Of a DNA stretch of 57,791 bases, positions 18,526-27,688 are shown piece by piece. Both the position numbers and the translations under genes were made by a program. This DNA is from an uncultured Candidatus Saccharibacteria bacterium. Its GTDB lineage: Bacteria > Patescibacteriota > Minisyncoccia > Phycocordibacterales > SBAW01. Position 1 is the stretch's first letter; every line of letters starts with the position of its first letter. Where the stretch lies: assembly GCA_964355655.1 (NCBI GenBank), contig CAYHDT010000005.1:1-57791 (forward strand), read 5' to 3'. Below the pieces are notes generated by a model. It saw nothing but the letters and a program-made list of their open reading frames with translations. It ran no database searches and was not told where the DNA came from.

Positions 18526-19224
18526 ATGGTTCGACACAGTCAGAAAAATCGTGAAAAAGCGATAATATTGCGCGAACAAGGCCTTTCCTACCGAGAGATT
18601 TTAGAGCACGTGCCTGTAGCAAAATCAACTCTTTCTTTGTGGTTGCGTTCAGTCCATCTTTCTGTTCCTCAAAAACAGGCCTTAACACAAAAGAAACTTA
18701 ATGCCGCAAGACGCGGCGCCGAGACAAAAAGACGGCAGAGGCTTTTGTCGACCGAAAAACTAAAAACTGCCGCCCGAAAACAAATAGGTAGTCTCACAAA
18801 ACGAGAAAAGCTACTTATTGGCGCCGCACTTTACTGGGCGGAAGGTTCTAAACAACGACCAAGTACTTTAAGTACCAGTGTAATTTTCAACAACTCCGAC
18901 CCGCTAATGATAAAATTTTTCAAGGACTGGTTACTGGAAGTAGTAAAAGTAAATCCGCATGCTTTAAAGTTTGAAATCTATTTGCACGAAACGCACCACC
19001 ATCGTTTGAATGAAGTAAGGCGATACTGGGCAAAAGTTCTTTCTGAGCCAGTACAAAAACTAGAAACAGTGTATTTTAAAAAGAACGTGCTAAAGACTAG
19101 TAGGAAAAACACGGAAAACGGGTATTATGGGCTGGTACGTATACGCCTGCGCGCCAGCTCAGGTTTAAACAGAACTATTTCCGGTTGGGTCGAGGGAATA
19201 GTACAAAATTGCGGGGTCGTCTAA
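18526..19224 (+). CDS. HTH + LAGLIDADG-like (LYWAEG) protein, copy 2; 3' end overlaps tRNA-Gln
   Basis: LREQGLSYREI..VAKSTLSLW (HTH); IGAALYWAEGSK ... FNNSDPLM ... IYLH ... YWAKVL ... YYG. Confidence 0.72.
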   Translation: MVRHSQKNREKAIILREQGLSYREILEHVPVAKSTLSLWLRSVHLSVPQKQALTQKKLNAARRGAETKRRQRLLSTEKLKTAARKQIGSLTKREKLLIGAALYWAEGSKQRPSTLSTSVIFNNSDPLMIKFFKDWLLEVVKVNPHALKFEIYLHETHHHRLNEVRRYWAKVLSEPVQKLETVYFKKNVLKTSRKNTENGYYGLVRIRLRASSGLNRTISGWVEGIVQNCGVV

Positions 19225-19280
19225 CGGTAGGACTCGGGACTTTGAATCCCGCTACGAAGGTTCGAATCCTTCCCCCGCAG
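19210..19280 (+). tRNA. tRNA-Gln(TTG)
   Basis: TGCGGGG/CCCCGCA acceptor stem, CTTTGAA loop, GGTTCGAATCC T arm. Confidence 0.95.
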
Positions 19281-19289
19281 CAAAAACAA

Positions 19290-19889
19290 ATGGACTATGA
19301 CGACATCAATTCTAGACTGAGACGATTATATCTATCCCTTGGCCAAAGATTCGAGGCTAATATTTTTGAGCACGAACAATCCAAAGAAACTCGTGATGGA
19401 AACAAGGTTACTGTAACTATTAGTTTTGACGGAAAACATGATGTGGATGAAACACGCAACAGAATAAATACAATTATTAGTAATCTAGCTAATCTGAAAG
19501 ATCATTTAAAAACGAAATTAAAGCAGAAAGGAGGAGATCCGCAGGAGATTGAAAACGAGATTAATCAAAGCCTTCCGTTACAGCTTGTATTGGATTTAAA
19601 TAACCAAGAAAAGCATGGTTATCCTCTCAAAGAAAAGAGACGCTCTAAAAAGGATCCGAAGATAATCAATGTGTCTAAAGGCATATCATCCATACCAGGA
19701 ATGAATGCGCCGAGATTTATTAGAGATCCTATTACAGGTGCTGGCCATACAGACAATATGGCGGTCGTAATTACGGGGGAAGTGGTCGACGGACAAGGTA
19801 ATTTGCTATACAGTTTTAACGACTTAATCAATAGGTCTTCAGACGCCTGGGAAACAATTGTGACTAAATTTAATCTAAATCAGGAATAG
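19290..19889 (+). CDS. hypothetical low-GC protein
   Basis: ATG 9 nt after the tRNA; visibly AT-rich; DLNNQEKHG motif. Confidence 0.7.
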   Translation: MDYDDINSRLRRLYLSLGQRFEANIFEHEQSKETRDGNKVTVTISFDGKHDVDETRNRINTIISNLANLKDHLKTKLKQKGGDPQEIENEINQSLPLQLVLDLNNQEKHGYPLKEKRRSKKDPKIINVSKGISSIPGMNAPRFIRDPITGAGHTDNMAVVITGEVVDGQGNLLYSFNDLINRSSDAWETIVTKFNLNQE

Positions 19890-19993
19890 TTTTACTTATC
19901 AAGGTTCCAACATCGTACCAAACACCCAATTAGCGTTTTTGGAAAGAAAAAAGCCAGCAACATACTGGCCTTTGGAAGAAGCTCCGATAGAAA

Positions 19994-20404
19994 TTATGCC
20001 GCCCTCGACATCAGCAATCCAATTTGGATGTCGATTTGATTCTCGCCGACGAATTGGTGATTGAACTCGCCAAACACTTCGCCGGCAACTTTCTTGATCA
20101 CCTCGGCGATTTTGTCGAATTGCTCTGGGTTGCCTTGCGCGACGATGAGTGTGGGCGTTACCCATAAGCGATCGATCCCAGGGCAAGATACAAGTCTGTC
20201 GAAGAAATTGAGAACCTTCTCGCCCTGCGTCTCGACGTGGGGCCGGTAGGTGCCCTGGTAATTTCCTCTGCCGAATTCGGCAGTGACCACCTCCCAAATC
20301 ATGGGAATCCGATAGGTCGGATCAACGATTTGAAAGGCCAGGGCTTGCTCTCCACTAAACCGTTGTGCCGTACCCTGTAACATGAGGGGTTTTAAGGCTG
20401 ACAT
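19994..20404 (-). CDS. hypothetical protein (weak NifU/Nfu N-terminal-like pattern)
   Basis: GGAG SD; TTGACA-16-TATAGT promoter; LVSCPGIDRLWVTPTLI segment. Confidence 0.6.
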   Translation of the reverse strand: MSALKPLMLQGTAQRFSGEQALAFQIVDPTYRIPMIWEVVTAEFGRGNYQGTYRPHVETQGEKVLNFFDRLVSCPGIDRLWVTPTLIVAQGNPEQFDKIAEVIKKVAGEVFGEFNHQFVGENQIDIQIGLLMSRAA

Positions 20405-20650
20405 GGGCGTTCTCCGTTGCGTCTGGCAGAACTATATATCGTTTGATGGATGTGTCAAAATGGTTCCAATACCCCAAGGGCACTGCGGTTTCAAAAGATT
20501 GATTACAATCTAAGAAACCGGGAGCATCGTACCAGACACCAAGCTATTGACAGTTTTATATTTTATAATATATTACTTTTTGTACGGTTCTTTATAACCG
20601 CCAACCCCAAACCATAGCCGATGCCTTGCGCTAGGCGATTGGAGGACTAC

Positions 20651-21277
20651 ATGGCTACCACAAGTGCTATGCTTTTGGCTGACGAAGGTTTTCTCAACAC
20701 GCTCCGCCGAAGTCTCGCTATCCGCTATATCCTGACGCCGGGCAATCCATCCGACATGCAATATCTCATTGTTGAGATTCTGGGGGCTACAGGCATTTCC
20801 GGGCAACCCTCATCGACGGACATCTTGTTCCGTTTTAAGAGCGGAATCCACCTGCATGATGACTTTAAGCCGTCTTCGCTCGAGTTTGACTCCGAACGAA
20901 GGTATGACCAGGTGATGCAGCGCCTGCAGGCCATGCTGGAAGACTGGGAAAGTAAGGCACCTACTCACCCATGGTGGGGTGATTGGCTCCAGTCAAAGCC
21001 CTTTGTCGGCGTGTTCTTGCTTGGCAACGGTATAAGGAGGGAGGTCGGGGCCGATAACCCGAATTTCCTATTCTATCACGGCGTGCTTGCGCAGCAGATT
21101 GCCCAGCACGCAAACTACTTGGAAGAAGTGTCGCAACACGAACGCTCTCTTGCGATAACGCAACAGCGCGACGCGTTCAAGGTCTTGGCGCGGCGGTTCG
21201 GCGCGTTTGCGGCTCAGGCTCAGCACGCGCACGTTGCTCAGACCATTGGGACCACCGATAAGCTCTACCAACTATAG
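20651..21277 (+). CDS. hypothetical protein
   Basis: GGAGG SD at 20641-45; terminator at 21286-21320. Confidence 0.65.
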   Translation: MATTSAMLLADEGFLNTLRRSLAIRYILTPGNPSDMQYLIVEILGATGISGQPSSTDILFRFKSGIHLHDDFKPSSLEFDSERRYDQVMQRLQAMLEDWESKAPTHPWWGDWLQSKPFVGVFLLGNGIRREVGADNPNFLFYHGVLAQQIAQHANYLEEVSQHERSLAITQQRDAFKVLARRFGAFAAQAQHAHVAQTIGTTDKLYQL

Positions 21278-21382
21278 TCGTCCGCGGCCGTCCGGTTAAC
21301 CCCGGGCGGCCTTTTCTTTTGCTACAATGGTTCCCTGGCCGGGCAGGCCAACATCGTACCAGACATCCAGCCAACAAAAAAC

Positions 21383-21868
21383 ATGAAGCGAAATCGCGGA
21401 TTTACATTAATTGAGCTTCTCGTAGTCATCGCCATTATCGGTATTTTGGCAAGCATCGTATTGGTGGCGCTTGGGGGTGCGGGTGCTGGCGCCCAGGATG
21501 CGCGCCGCAAAGCGGAAATTTCCCAAATCGGACAGTTTCTTAAGCTCAATTGCTACACACCCGACGCCGGGCTGGGCGACTATGACCTAATGCCTATCAT
21601 TGAGGAACTCAAGGCAAAGAATCCTCAGTATGCGAGTCAGATCCCGACGCTCAAGGACCCCACCAGCGGTACCGACACTGTATCGAACTACCGCTACGTC
21701 GTCTCAAGCGGCGGTTCTTGCGCTATGTATACCAACCTTCAGCAAGAATCGCAGACGGTGACGCTCGCCGGCATTTCTGCGCCGACGCCGGGCGGCGGCA
21801 CGGGGATTTTTCAATCTCCCACACCGGGTTGGAACGGTTCGACAAAATATTTTCAAGTATCGAACTGA
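21383..21868 (+). CDS. type IV pilin-like protein
   Basis: Class III signal RG/FTLIELLVVIAIIGILASIV; D-x-RR motif. Confidence 0.9.
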   Translation: MKRNRGFTLIELLVVIAIIGILASIVLVALGGAGAGAQDARRKAEISQIGQFLKLNCYTPDAGLGDYDLMPIIEELKAKNPQYASQIPTLKDPTSGTDTVSNYRYVVSSGGSCAMYTNLQQESQTVTLAGISAPTPGGGTGIFQSPTPGWNGSTKYFQVSN

Positions 21869-22029
21869 CTGCTCGAAGATATACTTGAGTATCCAACATC
21901 GTACCAGCGACCTAATTTTCTAGAGGTACTCCTCTTAGAAAATGGAAGTACTCTTGTGGTGACACACATCTCGACTTTTTTGCAAAACTGTTTTAACCTA
22001 CTCGCAGATTCAGCACACAGGAGGGGTGG

Positions 22030-22839
22030 ATGTATCATCACGCGCGACTGTATGATTTGTCGTTCGTCTCTCCATCGAGGAGATCGTCTGGCAAACCACA
22101 ACTAGTCTTTACATTTGCACGAAAATATCTGAGCGAATGCATCGACCGCTTGGCAAAACTTGAAGATCAGGTAGATGTCAAGGCTTACTGCGGGCGTGAT
22201 ACCCGTTTTAGCCTCCCGGTACCGGACCTCTTTGGTAACACTGAGTTTGGATACGGAGGCTGCGGCCTTATGACCGACTCGGGCGACGAGGTGTCTTTGC
22301 TTCTTGAACTGAGCGAAGCACATTTGCACAATACGACACTCACGATTGGCTTGCTTACGCACACATTGTTGGGGGACTTTGCCGATGAGGCAAAAAACTC
22401 AAACCGTATGCAGCAGGTCGATCTTGAGACTTCTTGCACGCACGGACTGCATGGGCATTCGGTCGGCGGATATATCTCCGGCCAAGTACGCGAGTGGCTT
22501 CGCAAACAGTGGCACAAAGGCCCGAACGACAACTGGATGCACTGGGCCCCGATGCCTAAAGAAGTTATTACCGCCATGCGTCAAACGTGGAGCTCCTTGG
22601 CCTCTAAAGATTTGCGGAGATGGGCAAGTAACTGCGGCGGAAGCATCACGGAAGATGGTCGATTTATTCTCAACTGCTTCGGCAATGCTTGCGACCTCGC
22701 CATCTATCCTGACAATATGGCCGCGGACGAATATGATTCGGTGCGGTTTAGTTGCCACAATCTGGACGGTGCCCGACAGCAGCTAACGCTCTTGGCTGGT
22801 TTAGCTAAGCTCTGCGAACTGGCTCGGGCTGAAACCTAA
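22030..22839 (+). CDS. hypothetical protein
   Basis: AGGAGG SD; 269-aa ORF followed by a terminator. Confidence 0.7.
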   Translation: MYHHARLYDLSFVSPSRRSSGKPQLVFTFARKYLSECIDRLAKLEDQVDVKAYCGRDTRFSLPVPDLFGNTEFGYGGCGLMTDSGDEVSLLLELSEAHLHNTTLTIGLLTHTLLGDFADEAKNSNRMQQVDLETSCTHGLHGHSVGGYISGQVREWLRKQWHKGPNDNWMHWAPMPKEVITAMRQTWSSLASKDLRRWASNCGGSITEDGRFILNCFGNACDLAIYPDNMAADEYDSVRFSCHNLDGARQQLTLLAGLAKLCELARAET

Positions 22840-22976
22840 GGCTGTCTCTCACCGGGCGGCCTTTTATTTTGCTGCAATGATGCCCTCGACACATGCCGTT
22901 TTTGGCCGTTTGGAACTAGATGACTTTTTGGTAAGTCTGTTGTAATCTCTTTGCAGATTGAATCGGAGGGACTGAG

Positions 22977-23384
22977 ATGATACTCAACGCAAGGCAGATT
23001 GTCTGGACGCCTATAATCGGGAAAGATAGCGTGGCTGTGGCGCTTAATCCTGAGTTTGCGAAAGCCTGCAAAGGCTACGCGCTCGACGGGCAAGAAGGAC
23101 GGAGGATTGCCCAGCACGCATGGGAGAATGTGGGAAACAAAGGCCCTGTAACGCCGAGCAACTTTTTCCATTTTAGCGGCAACCTGCTGTTGCAGGGGGT
23201 GTACTACAAGCCGGGAGCCGGCGTCTGGCTTACGCTGGATACAACCACCCTCTCCGATGTCATGCGCCCTGTGATGTATCACGGCCATAACGAAGACCGC
23301 TCTGCCGACGACCGCCTTTGGTTGTTGCATGCCTTCGGCGAATGGGCTACTTCGGCAATAGCTTTATTGAATTGGCTTAAATAG
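22977..23384 (+). CDS. hypothetical protein
   Basis: GGAGG SD; followed by a terminator. Confidence 0.6.
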   Translation: MILNARQIVWTPIIGKDSVAVALNPEFAKACKGYALDGQEGRRIAQHAWENVGNKGPVTPSNFFHFSGNLLLQGVYYKPGAGVWLTLDTTTLSDVMRPVMYHGHNEDRSADDRLWLLHAFGEWATSAIALLNWLK

Positions 23385-23439
23385 GGCGAGGGGCGACCGT
23401 TCATTCAGCGGCCGCCTTTTCTTTTGCTACAATAAGCAC

Positions 23440-23589
23440 ATGGATAAACTAGGTACAAATTTTGCAATCTTCGTTTTATTTTTTGGAGTCGCGGCCGTGC
23501 AAGCTTTCCAGACTCAAAATTGGCTCATGGTGGTGTTTTGGGCCGCAATCGGCCTCGTCTTTTTGTGGGCTGATATACGAAGCAAATAA
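23440..23589 (+). CDS. small 2-TM membrane protein (49 aa); not in ORF track
   Basis: MDKLGTNFAIFVLFFGVAAVQAFQTQNWLMVVFWAAIGLVFLWADIRSK; TGC-TACAAT 6 nt upstream. Confidence 0.75.
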   Translation: MDKLGTNFAIFVLFFGVAAVQAFQTQNWLMVVFWAAIGLVFLWADIRSK

Positions 23590-23780
23590 TATGGAACAGA
23601 CCATCGCCGGCATTATTATGAAAAAAGAAATGCTTATAAGAAATCCTTGCCTATGGGACTGCGGTAAAATTTAAATAGGGACTCGAACTCGGATTTGATT
23701 AATTGGTGTTTTTATTGTATTGTCCTACGCGGATATCCCCGCCGTGTGGGCTACACGGAGCACCTTAACGGAGTAGAGCG

Positions 23781-24998
23781 ATGGGCAACCATCAGATACT
23801 TGCGCCTCAGCGCAAAGACCTTGATGCCGCCCACGCTGCGGCTCAGGGAATACGCATACCCCGAGTGTTTACCGCTTTCGAGGAGGGTCGTGACTTCGTA
23901 CTTCAACAGAACGGAAAGTTGATCATTCGCACCGAGCATCCGCTCGAGCGTGAAGGTCTTTCGGGGCTCAACATGAGCCACACCGTCTCGTTGGAGGATG
24001 TCGTCTTGCACGAACAAGAGGGCGGGCTTTTCGCGAGCTTCCGCGATTTCAACTCTGTCCTGCTCGATTACATGATGCAGGACTGGCACAAGAAACGCGG
24101 TAGCGCCAGGCACTACTGCGAACTGCACGGCCTCAGCCTCGATGAGTATGTGGCTGGCCTGACGCATTCCTATTGGGAGTATGTCTCCGGCTACAACCTC
24201 TATGTGGTGGCTGACCCGGTAATCTCGAACCGCTACCGCTTGTTCGCTGGCTGGAATGAGCTAAAGAATAATAGCCGCGAGTATCCCGTCACTTCGTACG
24301 ATGTGTTCGATGGCGAGGTGAAGCTGACCGGTGGTCGGACTCACGCGGCGGTGATCGAGAAGATCGGCGACATCTTGCGGCTCTACAACAAAGTCCGCGA
24401 GGTGTTTGGTCAGGAAATGTGCTGGGTCGTGGAGATGCAGCTCGCCGGCAATGGTGAATTGTACTTCCTCCAGCGCAGTGTCGGCCAGCTGTTTAAGCCG
24501 TGCGAGTGGTCGTTCGGACCGCCGGAGACCTGCCACTTCTTGGTGGGACATCAATACGGCTTTGGCGAAGTGCGCGGCACGACACCAAAAGAAGGTGTCG
24601 AGCTTAGCTTCCTGTTTGAGCGCGGCGTGCGGGCAAAGTGGTTTAAGGATTACGAGCACTCCGCAATCCTCGATAGTCATATTAGCTCGCCAGTCGTGGA
24701 GCAGAAGCGCGTTGCTTCGATGCCATACGTTCAGACTTACCCGCAGGGCCACGGTGATGGTGCGCGCGATCCGCACAGCTCAATCCTGCCTTTGGTGCGA
24801 GCGCCGTTGTACCTCTACTTGCCGGATTTGCACGACTTGCTCCCGCCCGAATTTGAGTGGGAACACGATCGGGTAAAGAAGGCTAAGAGGGAAAGGGTGC
24901 GAGACTGGTACTCGGATCCCAAGCGCATGCCCCAGATTACGCTTCATGTGCGATCGGACGGCAACGAGGCACGCGTCAATATACTGAAGATTGTCTGA
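23781..24998 (+). CDS. hypothetical protein with PEP/pyruvate-binding (ATP-grasp)-like motifs
   Basis: IIRTEHPLE..GLSG and VEMQL..NGELYFLQ; GGAG SD; terminator at 25012-25040. Confidence 0.55.
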   Translation: MGNHQILAPQRKDLDAAHAAAQGIRIPRVFTAFEEGRDFVLQQNGKLIIRTEHPLEREGLSGLNMSHTVSLEDVVLHEQEGGLFASFRDFNSVLLDYMMQDWHKKRGSARHYCELHGLSLDEYVAGLTHSYWEYVSGYNLYVVADPVISNRYRLFAGWNELKNNSREYPVTSYDVFDGEVKLTGGRTHAAVIEKIGDILRLYNKVREVFGQEMCWVVEMQLAGNGELYFLQRSVGQLFKPCEWSFGPPETCHFLVGHQYGFGEVRGTTPKEGVELSFLFERGVRAKWFKDYEHSAILDSHISSPVVEQKRVASMPYVQTYPQGHGDGARDPHSSILPLVRAPLYLYLPDLHDLLPPEFEWEHDRVKKAKRERVRDWYSDPKRMPQITLHVRSDGNEARVNILKIV

Positions 24999-25076
24999 TT
25001 ATAGTTAGACTCGCCCCGGCTTGCCGGGGCGTTTTTCTTTGACCTTTCCGGGGCTCGAATTGCTATACTTACAACC

Positions 25077-25481
25077 ATGACAGGATTAGAGTTCCGAGTG
25101 CCGACAGAGCTCCGCAAAGTTCTTGCGGCTGCTCCTAAGGCAGAGGTGTTGTGGAGAGGTCTTACGCCTATCGCGCGCAGAGACTTTGTCACGTGGATAG
25201 AGTCGGCCAAACAGGCCGAGACACGCACACGCCGACTCAAGAGCGTGCCCTCCAGACTTATGTCCGGCAAGCGCCGCCCCTGCTGTTATGCGCTGGTGCC
25301 GATGAATTTGTACAAAGCTCTCGGCGCTAACCCAAAGGCAAAGTTGCAATGGAAAGGTCTTACGTCTACCGAGCGCAGAAATTTTGTCAGCTGGATAGAC
25401 TCGGCCACAAACTCAGAGACGCGCGGAGTCCGGATTGCAAAAATCCCCATGCTACTCGTAGCCGGAAAGCACCGCCCTTAA
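25077..25481 (+). CDS. YdeI/OmpD-associated domain protein (tandem duplicated domain)
   Basis: Two repeats of VP-L-K-L-A-P-A---W--LT---RR-FV-WI-SA---ETR. Confidence 0.8.
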   Translation: MTGLEFRVPTELRKVLAAAPKAEVLWRGLTPIARRDFVTWIESAKQAETRTRRLKSVPSRLMSGKRRPCCYALVPMNLYKALGANPKAKLQWKGLTSTERRNFVSWIDSATNSETRGVRIAKIPMLLVAGKHRP

Positions 25482-25520
25482 AAGGCGGCCTTTTATTTTG
25501 CCGCGTGCTATAGTTTTTGC

Positions 25521-26123
25521 ATGAATCTGCGGCAATTTTTTGTAGGACGGGCTATCGGACTTTTGGTTGTGCTTGGGGTGGTGGGGCTCGTGGCGGCCTT
25601 TTATTCCTTTAATAATTATATTTACGAACAAAAGCAGGCCTACGCCGCGGCCGACCACAAAAATGCCGAATACTTTATTGAAGGACAGCGGGTGAGACTT
25701 AAAAACGGTGTTGCCGAAACGGCCGCTGCCCCCGGCTCAGCCTCGACAGTAACTACTCGGTATTTTGGCAATGAACTGAGGACGGACCTTGATGGCGACA
25801 GGCGCGAGGATGTAGCCTTTATACTCACGCAGGAGCAAGGTGGCTCCGGCACGTTCTTTTATGCCGTGGCAGCGCTCAACACCAGTCGCGGCTACGTCGG
25901 GTCGGACGGATACTTGCTGGGCGACCGAGTAGCGCCGCAAAGTACCAATGTGAGCCAAAACCCCCGTCACAAATATGTCGTCGTGTTTAACTATGCCGAC
26001 CGTGCGGTCGGCGGGCCGATGACTACACAGCCTTCCGTCGGCAAAAGCGCGTATCTGAAGCTCGACCCGGCAAGCATGCAGTGGGGCATTGTCGAGCCCA
26101 ACTTCGAAGGCGAGTCGCGATAA
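25521..26123 (+). CDS. membrane-anchored exported protein
   Basis: N-terminal TM; YFGNE..TDLDGD..ED...GGSGTFFY. Confidence 0.75.
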   Translation: MNLRQFFVGRAIGLLVVLGVVGLVAAFYSFNNYIYEQKQAYAAADHKNAEYFIEGQRVRLKNGVAETAAAPGSASTVTTRYFGNELRTDLDGDRREDVAFILTQEQGGSGTFFYAVAALNTSRGYVGSDGYLLGDRVAPQSTNVSQNPRHKYVVVFNYADRAVGGPMTTQPSVGKSAYLKLDPASMQWGIVEPNFEGESR

Positions 26124-26149
26124 GAGGTTTACCTCTTGCTCCAAAGAGC

Positions 26150-26404
26150 ATGTATGTTGTCTACATTATCGAGTGCGGAGATAGGTCCCTGTACACAGGG
26201 ATTACCAACGACCTTAAACGCCGATTTGCGCAGCATCAGCAGGGGAAGGGCGGACATTACACCGCCGCCAAAAAAGCGGTCAAAATACTTTATACTGAAA
26301 AGTGCCCCGACCGCTCAGCGGCGCTAAAACGCGAGGCCGAGATTAAGCGCTGGCCGAGGGCCAAGAAGCTTGGTTTAATAAAAGCCCTAAAGTTTAGAAG
26401 ATAG
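26150..26404 (+). CDS. GIY-YIG nuclease (UPF0213-like)
   Basis: YVVYIIEC.D.SLYTGITNDL.RR..QH...ALKRE..IK. Confidence 0.9.
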   Translation: MYVVYIIECGDRSLYTGITNDLKRRFAQHQQGKGGHYTAAKKAVKILYTEKCPDRSAALKREAEIKRWPRAKKLGLIKALKFRR

Positions 26405-26417
26405 AGCCTTGCCGTAC

Positions 26418-27179
26418 ATGAAACGAATAGTCATAAAAATAGGAACAAAAGTCCTTTCCACGGAAAGCGGGACCCTTGATGAGGAGTTTCTTGCGCATAC
26501 CGTAGAACAGATAGCGCAATTGCGCAAAAAGGGGATGCAGGTGGTTGTCGTCACTTCCGGCGCGGTTGGCGCGGGCAGGAGCTTGGTATCGCTCCGGGAC
26601 ATACAGTCCGAAGTGGTGCAAAAGCAGGTGTTTGCCGCGGTCGGCCAGGTACAACTAATGACCGTATACGCCCGGCTTTTTGCAAAATATAGCTATCATT
26701 GCGCCCAAGTACTGGCGACCAAAGAAGACTTCCGCGACGACCAGCATTACCAAAATATGCAAAATTGTTTTGAGGGGTTGCTGTTGGACAGCGTGATTCC
26801 TATTGTTAATGAAAACGACGTGGTCGCCACCACGGAGCTCCTGTTTACCGATAACGACGAGCTTGCCGGCCTAGTGGCAAAACAGCTAAAAGCCGACAGT
26901 CTGATAATACTTACCGGCACTGACGGCATAGTAGATGACGCAAAAAAAACGATACTTGAGATTAACTCATCAAATATAGAAGCCGTCGCGAAATATATTA
27001 CTCCGGACACATCGGCCGGCGGCCGAGGCGGCATGGTCTCTAAGTTTGCGGTTGCGAAAGAATTATCTGAAAAAGGAATCTCTGTGCATATAGTTAACGG
27101 AAAGAATGAAAATATACTTCTCGATGTAGTTGAGGGGAAGAAAGCAGGCACGCACTTTATCCCCAGGACCCTCGCTTAA
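26418..27179 (+). CDS. proB: glutamate 5-kinase (no PUA domain)
   Basis: IVIKIGT, VVVTSGAV, AAVGQ, PIVNEND, DND.LA, GRGGM.SK. Confidence 0.92.
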   Translation: MKRIVIKIGTKVLSTESGTLDEEFLAHTVEQIAQLRKKGMQVVVVTSGAVGAGRSLVSLRDIQSEVVQKQVFAAVGQVQLMTVYARLFAKYSYHCAQVLATKEDFRDDQHYQNMQNCFEGLLLDSVIPIVNENDVVATTELLFTDNDELAGLVAKQLKADSLIILTGTDGIVDDAKKTILEINSSNIEAVAKYITPDTSAGGRGGMVSKFAVAKELSEKGISVHIVNGKNENILLDVVEGKKAGTHFIPRTLA

Positions 27180-27181
27180 CC

Positions 27182-27688
27182 ATGAAATGGATTCTATTTA
27201 CGGGGACGTGGAGGCTGACTGATAAAAAAGTCGAGGAGGATGTCAGGACTTCCGTGCGGGAGGTGCTTGCCCGCGGCGACGGTATTGTTACCGGCGGAGC
27301 GACGGGCGTTGATTACTTTGTCATGGATGAGGCGATGAAAATAGACGCAACCGCCGCGCGCCTGCTGGTCATAATCCCCGCAGAACTCGAAAGCTATATC
27401 CACGACTACTATACTCATTGGTGTCTGGAACCGGTTACCAAAGACAGCGTCAGTATTCTTGCCGTGCTGTTAAAAAAGATAAAATCGGCTAACGCAAAAG
27501 CCCTTGTGGAAATGCCGTATACTACTATCACGCAAGAGCATTACGACCTGAGGCATGACGAAGAGATACTCCTTTCACACGCGGTATACGCTTTTCAGGT
27601 AAACGGGAGTACCGGCACGCAAGACACTATAGACAAAGCCAAGAAGGCCGGTTTGCCTATAGAATTGCACAAAAAATACTCGTTATGA
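27182..27688 (+). CDS. SLOG/DprA-like Rossmann-fold protein
   Basis: ILFTG, IVTGGATGVD, GT..TI..A.K.G. Confidence 0.6.
   Translation: MKWILFTGTWRLTDKKVEEDVRTSVREVLARGDGIVTGGATGVDYFVMDEAMKIDATAARLLVIIPAELESYIHDYYTHWCLEPVTKDSVSILAVLLKKIKSANAKALVEMPYTTITQEHYDLRHDEEILLSHAVYAFQVNGSTGTQDTIDKAKKAGLPIELHKKYSL

Noticed and set aside
19185-19289. ORF extension through tRNA-Gln
   Set aside because: It translates the tRNA; ATG 19290 is the plausible start
23462-23674. 70-aa ORF in the track
   Set aside because: Wrong frame; 23440..23589 gives a coherent 2-TM protein with a promoter
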